Below are positions 39,923-51,199 of a stretch of 64,000 nucleotides of DNA, piece after piece. A program made the translations under genes and the position numbers. Source of the stretch: Octopus vulgaris (lineage: Eukaryota); contig OX597814.1 in the NCBI GenBank assembly GCA_951406725.2, positions 109,802,001 to 109,866,000 on the forward strand, in the 5' to 3' direction. Under the pieces are notes generated by a model, which searched no databases, was not told where the DNA came from, and was given only the letters and a program-made list of their open reading frames with translations. Position 1 is the stretch's first letter, and each line of letters opens with the position of its first letter.

Positions 39923-40252
39923 CAAGTGTACCAGAGTGTATAATCTTGCTTGGTATTTGTCATATGAAGCACTTCTACAGATACCAACTATCTTAAAATG
40001 GAAAAGTGGGAAAAGGTTTTTTTCATGCTATGGCTCCAATTACCTGGAAAATCCACCAAATATCCATAGAGTATGAATAATAATAAATACCTAAGAATGG
40101 AGTTGACAAATCAGTTTGATACATCGTTTACAATTGCTTCATCACTTTCAGTTGTAACATTAATGTTGCATCATGTAACTATATTAGCGACTGTTGGCTT
40201 ACTTCCATGTGCTACATAGGATTTCTTCTACAGTAAATATTGAAATGATTCT

Positions 40253-40313
40253 TCAGAACTTCGGGAAAAACAATTTGATGATTGATTCTGCTGTCTTGCT
40301 GATAAATACTTTC
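40253..40313 (-). CDS. EF-hand calcium-binding protein, last coding exon (R|KVFISKTAESIIKLFFPKF*)
   Basis: Acceptor TTTGTAG at 40314; phase 2 matches the preceding exon; TGA at 40253-40255. Confidence 0.65.
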
Positions 40314-40480
40314 CTACAAATTCGAATTGTGTGAGTGTGCGTATGTGCATGTGTGTGAATCTAAGTAATCACATTTATGCATCAGAAACATATATATATA
40401 TATCATCATCACCATCATCATCATCATCGTTTAACATCTGCTTTCTATGCTAGCATGGGTTGGACGATGGGTTGGACTGG

Positions 40481-40524
<44 letters not shown>

Positions 40525-41880
40525 AAGATGAACGTCTGTGTGTCTATCTGTTTATTGAAGAAAAGGCTAGAGCATCTACATAAAAACTAAAAGTAAATTC
40601 GTATGTAAAATCTTCTGAGAAAGGCAATGGAAGTGGTTCTGAGTTTGTAGGTTCTCCTCTAAAGGAGCTACAGACCTTTTTCAAAAATATTGCATATAGC
40701 ACAGTCCCCACTCAAAAAAAAAAAAAAAAATGACCGATCTAAGGGAGATAACTAAATGAAAGTTCTGAGCAAACTAAAAACGGAAAATTATTCGGGATTT
40801 ATTTTTCACGTTTTACGATGTTTGATCTTCAATTGTCTCTTTCATTATTCTATGTGTAAGAAGTATGCTACTCACTGAGATAGGTTGTTACTATATATTC
40901 CTTCTAAATTTGTGTGTGCACTTCAATATCATTATTGTATCGTTTTTATTCGTTTTATATTTATATCTTTGAGCTACCAGGCTATTCGTCTAAGAAAAGC
41001 TATTTGTATTTTTGTTAGTTGTAATACTCAAGTTCAAAAAATTATAGTTCATATGTTTTCTCCTAACTTTTATTTAGTTACCTTGTACTACACATAAGCC
41101 AAAGTCTATGGAGTGTTTGCTTCATTTACAGACTAGAGATCATAGACAGAACTTTATATGCAACCATGATGATATTGGCCAGAAGAAAACTGCTCTATTG
41201 TCTACATGAAAGTTAACAGTCATTTCTTATATATGTTTAATACAATCAAAGTGAATAACTTTCAATATTCATAGTGCAATTTTGGCAACCTATTTCAACC
41301 CAGTCAATGACGGCTGTTTCTGCTAGTACACACACACACACACATACAGACACATACTCACACACATGTAATCACATGCAAAATACTAGAGAAACCAGTT
41401 CCTTACATTTATGGGGGCAAATGTTGCAAGCTGTGCATAGCAGAACTGGTGAGGATATTAAAGAACTCCCTCGATGAAGTGAACATCTTAAATTGCAGGA
41501 TGCAAGTCTTTAGACCTTCTTTATGCTTTAGGCAATTCCTACTGAAATCCTGGGACCCACAAGCTGATTCTGAATAGGGGTCTATGAGAGACAATCCCTT
41601 GTGCTTGGCCTTCTTTGTCTCAGTGTTTGAAAACTAGTCACATGGCCTTTTCTCCCTCCCATTTGAAGAGAGATTATAGACCACTGGCTACTAGGGTCTG
41701 ACAAGATGTTTGTAAAGCTAGCACTTTATGGATGCAAATCCCTGGGTAACCCTGTGAACAGGCCATAACTATCTTTATCTAAATACTCCACTGCTCTATA
41801 ACCTAGAGTGGGCTTCTCTTTCAATATATGTGTGTGATCATGTATATATATGTATATATATATATATATATGTATATATA

Positions 41881-42040
41881 GGGAGAGTTTACGAAAAAAA
41901 ACAAAAGACGAAGACAGGTGGTGTACAAAACAAACAGATGTATTAGTATAACGTTCAGGAATAGAAAAAGTCTTTTACGTTTCGAGCCTACGCTCTTCTA
42001 AAGAAAGGTACACAGGAAAAATAAGGAGAGAAAAAAAAAG
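41881..42040 (-). mobile_element. Penelope-like pseudo-LTR with hammerhead-like motif (41970-42007)
   Basis: Minus strand CTTT-CTTTAGA-AGAGC-GTAG-GCTC-GAAA-CG-TA-AAAGAC. Confidence 0.7.
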
Positions 42041-42120
42041 TGCATCAGCATGGCCGCAGCTCTGAGCTGAAACTAGGAAAAAAAAAAAAAAATATCTGTG
42101 TGTGTGTGTGTTGTTTGCAT

Positions 42121-42498
42121 GTAGGAGGGGCTGTGAGGTAAGAAGCTTGCTTCGCAACCACATGGTTCTGGTTTCAGTCCTACTGTGTGGCACCTCGGGC
42201 AAGTGTCTTCTACTGTAGCCTCAGGCCGATCAAAGCCTTGAAAGTGGATTTGGTAGATGGAAACTGAAAGAAGCCTGTCGTATATATGTATGTATATGTG
42301 CATGTGTGTATTTGTGTGTCTGTTTCCCCCCCTCCACCATTGCTTGACAACTGATGTTTGTGTGTTTATGTCCCTGTAACTTAGCAGTTCAGCAAAAGAG
42401 AATGATAGAATAAGTACTAGGCTTGCAAAGAATAAGTCCTGGGGTCAGTTTGTTCGACTAAAGGTGGTGCTCCGGCATGGCCATAGTCAAATGACTGA
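42121..42498 (+). mobile_element. Family A SINE, near full length
   Basis: Head, internal (TG)n and AAAAGA tail all present. Confidence 0.88.
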
Positions 42499-42686
42499 AA
42501 CCAGTAAAAGACTAAAAGGATGTAGTGTGTATATATGCGTGTGTATGTGTGCATGTGAATATAGTTATAAGTGTTTATATGTAGATCTGTATATGCAAAT
42601 ACTTGTATATTTCTAAATATTCAAGTTTGCAAATGAAATGCTGAATAAATATATATCTGTGTGTGTGTTTCATGATACATATTATA

Positions 42687-43253
42687 CAGGGTGTTCAAAA
42701 AGTCTCTCCGCAGTGATACTTTTTGAAGACACCATCAACAGACAGATATTGCTCAAACATTGTCTATCCATTTGTAATCCAACTCACTGAAAGTGAAATT
42801 AGTAATTGCATACTTTCAGCAAGATGGAACTACAGCACATACTTTGCACATCACCATGGCACTACTTCAAGAGTTTTTCGGTGAACGGATTATTTTGAAA
42901 GGACTTTGGCCACCAAGATCCCCTGATTTAACACCACCAGACTCTTTTTCCTGAGGAGCAAGTAAAGGATCAGTGTACAAGAATCACCCGAAAACCATTA
43001 ATGAGCTAAAAGACACAATTATAACCTTCACATGGTCCATACTGCATCAGACTCTCCAAGATGTATTTCAAAACATGTGTAGAAGAGTCAACTTATGTAT
43101 TGGGAATGAAGGACAACACTTTCAACACCTCTTATAAAGTTTCTTAAAGTCTTGTAGAGTCTAATATATTCTTTTGTAGTCTTCTTATATCATCTTATAA
43201 ATATTTGCTTTGCAATAAAACACTTACTGCGGAGAGACTTTTTGAACACTTTG
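42687..43253 (+). mobile_element. Internally deleted Tc1/mariner (rosa/DD41D-like) element
   Basis: 28-bp TIR CAGGGTGTTCAAAAAGTCTCTCCGCAGT, TA TSD; 42814-43137 translates FQQDGTTAHT...ERIILKGLWPPRSPDLTPPDSFS*G...VYKNHPKTINELK...GQHFQHLL*. Confidence 0.92.
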
Positions 43254-43419
43254 TATTTGTTTTTTTACAAAATCTGTGTGTAAATGCAAACGTATTATCA
43301 AATGTGTATGAGAGTGTAAGTTAGCTAGCAGTGAAGTGTGTGTGTGTGTAGGTGGGAAGTATGTGCGAATGTATCTATGTAATAATCATGATTTTTTTTT
43401 TCTGTAAAAAAAGCAGGGT

Positions 43420-43756
43420 TAAGAGCCTCTTTGGTCATGAATGACTAAGGGATTGCAACTAGAAAGTTCCATTCTGATGCACAAGTCCAGGCAAGGTTGT
43501 TTTATGGAAGACCAGCAGTCGCCCATGCATTACCAGCCTCCTCCTCTCCATGCCACCGATGTTTTCCAAGGGAAATGCCAAGGGCAATACAATTTGGCAC
43601 CAGGGACATCACAACTCATTTCTACAGCTGAGTGAACTGGAGGAATGCGAAATAAAGTGTCTGGCTTAAGAACACAACACACATCCCAGTCTAGGAATTG
43701 AACTCACTATTTTATGATTGTGAGCCCAACACTCTAACCACTGAGCCATGTGGCTT
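43420..43756 (-). mobile_element. tRNA-head SINE
   Basis: Reverse complement of the family at 44159-44497 and 60345-60680. Confidence 0.82.
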
Positions 43757-44158
43757 AATTTTTTTCTGTATGCATGTATAAAAAGTATATATATGTGTAA
43801 ATAAACATGGGCAATTGACTTATAACACATTACTAAGTTCAATGAAAATGTATCATTCAATGTTAGACAGGAAGTCTAAGGCTAAGGCAACAGACTGGAA
43901 TAACTGGCAGGCAAGAACTAAACTATCAAGGCCAAGTGATCTTAACAATTTGTTTATTGTAGGCACAGGAGTGGCTGTGTGGTAAGTAGCTTGCTTACCA
44001 ACCACATGGTTCCGGGTGCAGTCTCACTACATGGCACCTTGGGCAAGTGTCTTCTACTATAGCTTCAGGCTGACTTGGTAGACGGAAACTGAAAGAAGCA
44101 CATCGTATATATGTGTGTGTGTGTGTGTGTATGTATATATATATGTGTGTGTGTATGT

Positions 44159-44497
44159 GTGAAGGCGAATGGCTCAGTGGTTAGAGCGTTGAGCTTACAA
44201 TCGTCAGGTTGTGAGCTTGAATCCCTGACTGGGCTGCGTGTCATGTTCTTGAGCAAAACACTTTATTTCATGTTGCTCCAGCTCACTCAGCTGTAGAAAT
44301 GAGTTGCGACATCACAGGTGCCAAGCTGTATCGGCCTTTGCCTCTCTCTTGGATAACACTGGTGGTATCGAGAGGGGAGGTTGGTATGCATGGCCGACTG
44401 CTGGTCTTCCATAAACAACCTTGCCTGGACTTGTGCCTGAGAGGGTAACTTCCTAGGTGCAATCCCTGGTCAATCATGACCGAAGGGGATGGTCTCC
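44159..44497 (+). mobile_element. tRNA-head SINE nested in a family A SINE (43960-44730)
   Basis: TGGCTCAGTGGTTAGAGCG A box and CTTGAGCAAAACACTT core; family A sequence resumes at ~44500. Confidence 0.85.
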
Positions 44498-45347
44498 AAT
44501 ATATATGTGTTTGTGTGTCTGTGTTTGTCCCCCCCCCCCCAACATCGCTTGACACGCAATGCTGTTGGGTTTACGTCCCCATAACTTAGCAGTTCAGCAA
44601 AAAGAGATCGATAGAATAAGTACTGGGCTTACAAAGAATAGGTCCTGGGGTCGATTTGCTCGACTAAAAGGTGGTGCTCCAGCATGGCTGCAGTCAAATG
44701 ACTGAAACAAGTAAAAGAATAAAAGAAAAGTAGTTGGAATAGCTGCATTTTCTTTTATAATGACAACCAAAATTCACATCACAGAATGGAGCTAATTATC
44801 TTGTCAGATTTCATTAATTCCTCCTTCATCCCTTTAGTTCCCCATTTTCCTTTGCTTGTCTTGCATAAATGTGGTTACTTCGACACATTGAATTTGGAAT
44901 TATAAGACTCTGTTTATCTGCGAGATAGCAGGATCAATCAGTATTTATTTTTTTTATGAAGTTCTGGAGAATCATCTCAGCCATGAGATTTACAAGCACA
45001 TGGAAATAAATCAGTAGTTGCCTTCATAGTTACAACATATTGCCATGATGCTTACAATGGAAAATGATGAAACAGTTGTAAATGATGGATTAAAATGATC
45101 TGCCAACTCCATCCTTCAACATTTGTTATTATATGTGTGTGTGTTTATGCTTATTCAAGCTTATATCTGTAGTACGTATGTGTGTAAAGGTATGCGTATA
45201 ATCAGAGAGTAACAGGCAAAAACTTTATTGAATTTACAGGTATGTAACAGTCATCATCATCATCATTATCATTGTCATTATTATTTTGTTGTTGTTGCTG
45301 TTGTTAATCCACAATAAGATTTAGGAGGATTGTCTATCAGAACATAC

Positions 45348-45393
45348 CTCGTAAATTCATCCAGGAATTCGCATTCTAAAATTACTTTGTCTC
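45348..45393 (-). CDS. EF-hand protein exon 4 (R|DKVILECEFLDEFT|R)
   Basis: TTTGCAG acceptor, GTATGT donor; 46 bp, phase 1 to 2; completes the EF loop DADRDKVILECE. Confidence 0.8.
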
Positions 45394-45804
45394 CTGCAAA
45401 CAGATAAGAACAGAATAAACTACAATGAAAATATAGTCTTCTTTCACTGCAGCAGTAGTAGTAGTTGTAGTAGTAGTAGTAGGAGGAGGAGGAGGAGGAG
45501 ACATACCAGTCATAGTAGTGGTAGTCATAGTAGTAGCAATGGTAGTTGCTGTTACATAACTGCAGGTCGATTATAATTAGACAAACCTTACAGTCTTTTT
45601 ATGTGACACCGGCACAGGTGCCAGTCAGGTGGCACGGGCATCAGCCATGACTATGATGTCACTCAGCTTGACGGGTCTTCACAAGCACAGTATATCCACC
45701 CAACATTTGAAGTGTGCTTTTTACATGCCAGTTACGAGACACTGTTATTGGCTGTGACTACAGTCTCACTTGGCTACATCTATACATCCTTCGTAAAGCA
45801 TATA

Positions 45805-46359
45805 CAGGGTGGACCAAAATGATCTGACACATTTGGAGGTTTAATAAAAGCACAGAATAAGAAATAATGAAAAGAAAAATTTTATTTTCTGAATGTACAT
45901 ATAATGCCATTTTATTTCATTAGGTTTTAAAAATTAAATCAGCTAAATGCTTCCCATCATTGTCAACACACTGTTGGAGACGTTCATGAAAGCTATCGAT
46001 AACTCTATGGATCATTTCTTCTGGAATGGTTGCTATTTCTACACAAATTGCACGTTTTAATTCATCAATAGATTGAGGGCGATGACTGAATACTTTTGAT
46101 TTTAAATATCTCCACAGGAAGAAATCACATTTCACCATTCCAGAAGAAATGATGTATAGAGTTATCGATAACTTTCATGAACGTCTCCAACAGTGTGTTG
46201 ACAATGATGGGAAGCATTTAGCTGATTTAATTTTTAAAACGTAATGAAATAAAATGGCATTATATGTACATTCAGAAAATACAAATTTTCTTTTCATTAT
46301 TTCTTATTTTGTGCTTTTATTAAGCCTCCAAATGTGTCAGATCATTTTGGTCCACCCTG
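45805..46359. mobile_element. Palindromic Tc1/mariner derivative built from two 3' ends
   Basis: TA-CAGGGTGGACCAAAATG...CATTTTGGTCCACCCTG-TA; 226-bp arms (45805-46030 / 46134-46359); minus ORF CDFFLWRYLKSKVF...GKHLADLIFKT is a transposase C-terminus. Confidence 0.92.
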
Positions 46360-47021
46360 TATATGTATGTGTATACTGTTCTGTCTTGGGAGGATCATTA
46401 CGCCAATGCATTACTTCAGTTGGTTAAATATCTCATCAAATAATTGATTGTTTATTTAATGAGCTGGTTAATTGGTTGTTTGTTAATTGAAGTTCTTTTG
46501 TTAGATATTTAACCAGTTGACTTACAATAAAGAAGTGATATTGAACTGGTGCATGTGTTATCCTTATTGGCATAATGACCCTCTGAAGACAACAAGGCTG
46601 GTTTCAACACATGAATTCACATCAAGGATCTTGCAAACCAAATACAAAGATGAAGTACACGTGCACACACACACACACACACTGATTCCAGAGAAATGTG
46701 TTGTTACTGGCAGGCCATTTCACATTGGCCTCTGATGACAATATTTTTGTCTCCGAATGCAAGGATTATTTTTTTTTTCTTCAATTTCAAAAGGGGAATC
46801 TTTCCCGAAATGTAGAACTGTTAAACAACATATGTAAGATATCACAATATCTTTTCTCTTGGCGTTCATTCACTGATATCATATTAACATATTTTGCTCA
46901 ACTCCTCACCAGCATTACTCAAAGGTTTTTGCAAACTTCTCATTTTCCCAGACACACACACACACACACACACATATATCTATATATGCATACAAAATGT
47001 ATATGTGTGTGTATATATATC

Positions 47022-47337
47022 TCGTGACCACGTGATCACGTGACCGACCAGGCTATCAGATGTAGTTACACATCGCTGGTCACAATGCGCTTCACATTGT
47101 TTTAGCCTTCAAATGATGCCACCCCGCTGGCTAAGCGGGCAGGCTAACAGAAGAAAGAATGAGAGAAAGTTGTGGCGAAAGAGTACAGCAAGGATCGCCA
47201 CCACCCATTGCCAGAGCCGCATGGAGCTTTAGGTGTTTTAGCTCAATAAACACTCACAACGCCCGGTCTGGGAATCGAAACCGTGATCCTACGACCGCGA
47301 GTTCACTGCCCTAACCACTGAGTCATTGCGCCTCCAC
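47022..47337 (-). mobile_element. tRNA-derived SINE, full length
   Basis: Head GTGGAGGCGCAATGACTCAGTGGTTAGGG...GGTTTCGATTCCC; tail (TCACGTG-like)n. Confidence 0.85.
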
Positions 47338-47923
47338 GTATATATATATATATATCCTCCTCATCATCATCATATAATGTCCATGTTCCATGCTGGTATT
47401 GGTTGGATGGTTCGACAAGGATCCATTGAGTCCAAGGACTCCATTGTCTGCTTTGGCATGGTTTCTACAGCTGGATTCCTTTCCTAGTGCCAACCACTTT
47501 ACAGAGTGTATTGGGTGCTTTTTATGTGGAACCAGTACCAGTGCTTTATATGTTTCACCAGCATGAAGAAGAATGAAGAAATTCTTCCATAAAACAAATT
47601 GCAGCTTTGGCAAAACACCAGGACATTAGATCAGTTTCTTTCACCTTGCAGATCAACTTCTGTGTCTGCCAGCTACTGGACCCACAAAATCTGCAATGGA
47701 GTGGACGGAGGGAGAAGGAAAACATGAAAAGGGTCAGCTCAAGAACACTTGGAACCAGACATTCCAGAAAGACCTCAAATACACAAGAACTTGTTGGATA
47801 GAAATAGAAAGAAATGGAACCAATTGACTTTTCTGGAGACGCTAATTCTAAGAACGATCTGATAATGTCTCTTAGTTATGTCTTGTAAATTCAGTGCAAA
47901 CTTAATAAATGGTTATAATTTTA

Positions 47924-48330
47924 GAAATATTGAATTTCTAAATGCCTCAAAGAGACATGAGCGGTGGTGGAGTGATAGAGTGGTTGTATACTGTCAACAT
48001 AATGTGACAGTCCCGTAAAGGGAATTACACCACTGCTATATAGCCCTAGGAAGCATTGATGCTTCCTGTCAGCTTTGACACATTTCCTGTGTCTTTATAT
48101 TTGCGAAGGGGAGGCAATCACCCCCATCAGTTAGGCTTGCTACCCTGGACTGATGACGGGCAAGACCCAGAAACATGCATGTCTTCAGGTGCTAATCCTA
48201 GCTGGTGGAGGTGCTTACCTCCCCTTCACAAATATAAGGACACAGGAAATGTGTCAAAGCCAATAGGAAGCGTTGATGCTTCCTAGGGCTATATAGCAGT
48301 GGTGTAATTCCATTTACAGGACTGTCACGT
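47924..48330 (+). mobile_element. TSD-flanked hairpin element with apical hammerhead ribozyme
   Basis: Perfect 14-bp direct repeat TGGTTATAATTTTA at 47910-47923 and 48331-48344; inverted arms ~48001-48149 / 48184-48331. Confidence 0.8.
48144..48189 (+). ncRNA. Type I hammerhead ribozyme motif
   Basis: Stem I CCTGGA/TTCAGG, core CTGATGA (48150-56), stem II GGG-CAAGA-CCC, GAAA (48170-73), palindromic stem III ACATGCATGT, cleavage triplet GTC (cut after 48183). Confidence 0.8.
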
Positions 48331-48370
48331 TGGTTATAATTTTAATCTTGTAAATATTTTCAGTACTTAC

Positions 48371-48529
48371 TATCCGCATCAAATGCTTCAAAGGTAAATC
48401 TCTCTTCATCGAAATCAATTGTTCCGCTGTCGTCGATATCCTCAGATGCAAATGCGATCTTTATTATTTGGGGTCGAACCAAACCCTTCCAACGAGCGGT
48501 ATATTCCTCTTTACTTACTAGACCATCAG
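48371..48529 (-). CDS. EF-hand protein exon 3 (T|DGLVSKEEYTARWKGLVRPQIIKIAFASEDIDDSGTIDFDEERFTFEAFDAD)
   Basis: TTATAG acceptor, GTAAGT donor; 159 bp, phase 1 to 1, open; contains the EF loop DIDDSGTIDFDE. Confidence 0.88.
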
Positions 48530-49698
48530 CTATAATGACAAATACAGTAAATCAAAAAACATTATTCCAGAATGTCGAATGAGATTTTAGTTATTTCTTA
48601 ATGAGAACAGGTGGGATTATAGTTGCTGGTGGGGGGGGGGGGGGGGCATAGTAACAGCCATGGGGATAGGCAAAAAGAAAAAGTCATCATTGGCTAAAAA
48701 TTATTATATGTTGTCAAGAAGCTTGCTTCCCATTCATGTGGCCTCAGGTTCAATCCCATTATGCAGCACCTTGGCCAAGTATCTTCTGTAGTCACATGCC
48801 AACCAAAGATTCACGAGTGGATTTGGTAGACAGAAACTGAAAGAAGACTATTACACACATGTACATGCACGCACGCATGCACACTCACACACACATTGTA
48901 AGAGGAGGGTCCCAACTGCCATATTTTTCTAAGTCTTGTGTAATATTCTCAGATCACTAAGGCAGAAAGCTGGCAGAAATGTGGCGAAATGCTTAGCGGT
49001 ATTTCATCCATCTTTACATTCTGAGTTCAAATTCTGCTGAGGTTGACTTTGCCTTTCATCCTTTTGGGGTTGATAAATTAATTACCAGTTGCATACTGTG
49101 GTTAATCTAATCGACTGCCCCCCCCCCCCCACCACCAAATTTTGGGCCTTGTGTCTAGAGTAGAAAAGAATATTCTCAGGTCCCTCTATTTTTATTCACT
49201 CTATCTTTATTCATATACACAGTAATGTGTATGTATGTTTGTTTATAAGTAAGTATGTAGGAATGTATGAATATATATATATGCACAAGTACAAACTTGT
49301 AACCAGTTCGCATATGCTGGAGGCATATTCAAGCCCAGAAGAAAGCCATTCATTATATTTTGCCATAGAGAATAATTCTAATCAGTATTGTAAGTATGTA
49401 TGCCATTATTCAGTTTATTTCAAGATTTCTTGCCAATAGAGAAAGAGCTGGTTTCTAACCTAGATCCAAGGTTCCTTCACTAGGATTTCAAAATCAACAA
49501 CAGGGTATTTTTGTTTGTATGTATGTATGTATGTATGTATGTATGTATGTATGTATGTATGTATGTATGTATGTATGTATGTATGTATGTATGTATGTAT
49601 GTATGCATGTATGTATGTTTATGTGCAGATTTCTATGTTTTGTTTTATATATGCATTCTCATGCATATAGTTGCATATCTAGACATGCTCATATATAT

Positions 49699-50000
49699 TT
49701 AAATGATAAACTTCTGGAAAGTTTTACAGATTCTTACAGTTCCAGTGATGGATTGGATTTGTAGTCTTCGAATTAGCTTTCTACTTTCTGATTTTGAGAA
49801 GCCTAATTTCTCAATATTGGTATTTAGGCAGTGTGTTACATTTTCCAGGGCCCCATTAATTACAGGTATAAACCTGGACTTATAATCTGGATAGAGTAAC
49901 TGCAGATTTCTCAATAGTTCGGCATAGGTATTCTCTTTTTCACTGATGTTCAGCTTTATGTTAACATCCCATGGGCAGCTAATTTCCATGCATACAAGCT
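49699..50000 (-). mobile_element. R4/Dong- or NeSL-like non-LTR 3' fragment
   Basis: VCMEISCPWDVNIKLNISEKENTYAELLRNLQLLYPDY...IPVINGAL...LQIQSITGTVRICKTF (restriction-like endonuclease tail). Confidence 0.75.
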
Positions 50001-50442
50001 TAGTATGATATACATAACTGGTCAGTGACTCCTCTGTGATGGTCAACAATCGACAACAAGGTGAGCTGCCACAGATCACACTATCCCAAAGACTTGCGAT
50101 CGGGGACCCCACTTGAACTTATATTTTCACTGAAATTCCGAACAGGAGTTCTTCACCCGAATAATGAACGACTGCTATGGCCACAGTGTCTATGCTATCG
50201 AATGAGCTTGTTCTCCCTGTGGGGGCATTTGTCAAACTTGCAAAGCTGGATAGTTGAGCTGCAAGCAGAAGCATTATTTTTACCTGTTGGAGTGTTTGGG
50301 CTGACAACTGGATGTGGCCATCATTTGTGAAGTATGTGATGAACTCATTGAATGGAACTAGCTCAACCCACCCCAGGTGAATGCCATCACATGTATAAGT
50401 AAGTATATACATCTGCAGGTAGATAGATAAGTGGGTAGATAG

Positions 50443-50842
50443 CAAAACTAGGCACCAAACTGTTAATCCATTTAATCCATTAATCATTAATTAACAAAGT
50501 TAACATTTTCATTAACAATTTAACTTTTAAGTTAACTTTGGAAATCATTATCAGACTATTTAGCTTCCATTAATTCAAGTCAACTTGAGTTAACTTCCAT
50601 TAACTTCAATCCAATTGAAGTCAAGGGATTTTATATTTTTGGCACTTTTTAAAGGTGTTTTTAGGTGGTTCTAGAGCAAAAACTTTTTTGTTTCTATAAT
50701 AAAAATTAATGTTAATGGTTTATCAATAACTTCCGTTATATTTTTAAAGAATTAACTAATTAACGGTCATCAAAGTTAACTTTTTGGCTAATGGATTAAC
50801 AGTTAACAAAGTTAACTTTGGAATTAGCAGTGCCCACCTTTG
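50443..50842. mobile_element. hAT-type non-autonomous element
   Basis: Perfect 8-bp TSD GTAGATAG, termini CAAAACTAGGCAC / GTGCCCACCTTTG, many subterminal AAGTTAAC repeats. Confidence 0.7.
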
Positions 50843-50919
50843 GTAGATAGGTAAGTGGGTAAGTAGGTAGATAGAAGGTTGGTATGGCAGTTATTAATTA
50901 GATTGGTTTTTGCACTTAC

Positions 50920-51059
50920 TGTTTTTATCAATTGCCTGGTGGAAATCTTCAACTTCTTTGTAAGTGATTTTGCCATCATGGTTTAGATCTTTGCCTCTGA
51001 ATTGTATTAATTTCTCTTCACTTGTAAGCTTTTCGGCAGCATAACCAATAGCACACCAA
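50920..51059 (-). CDS. EF-hand protein exon 2 (WCAIGYAAEKLTSEEKLIQFRGKDLNHDGKITYKEVEDFHQAIDKN)
   Basis: CCATTAG acceptor, GTAAGT donor; 140 bp, phase 2 to 1; EF loop DLNHDGKITYKE; joins exon 3 to form DKNTDGLVSKEE. Confidence 0.88.
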
Positions 51060-51199
51060 CTAATGGAATAAAATTTACAAAATTAAATTTTTGCACAATT
51101 ATAATTTTAATTACAACTAGGTGCTACCTGTCATATAACTTTGAGAATATGCTTTTGCTGTCATGGGTGATATCAAAAAATATGGCATACATACAATTT

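Noticed and set aside
48056-48286. 76-aa ORF across the hairpin element
   Set aside because: Starts at a non-ATG codon, has no domain signature and is a by-product of the palindrome.
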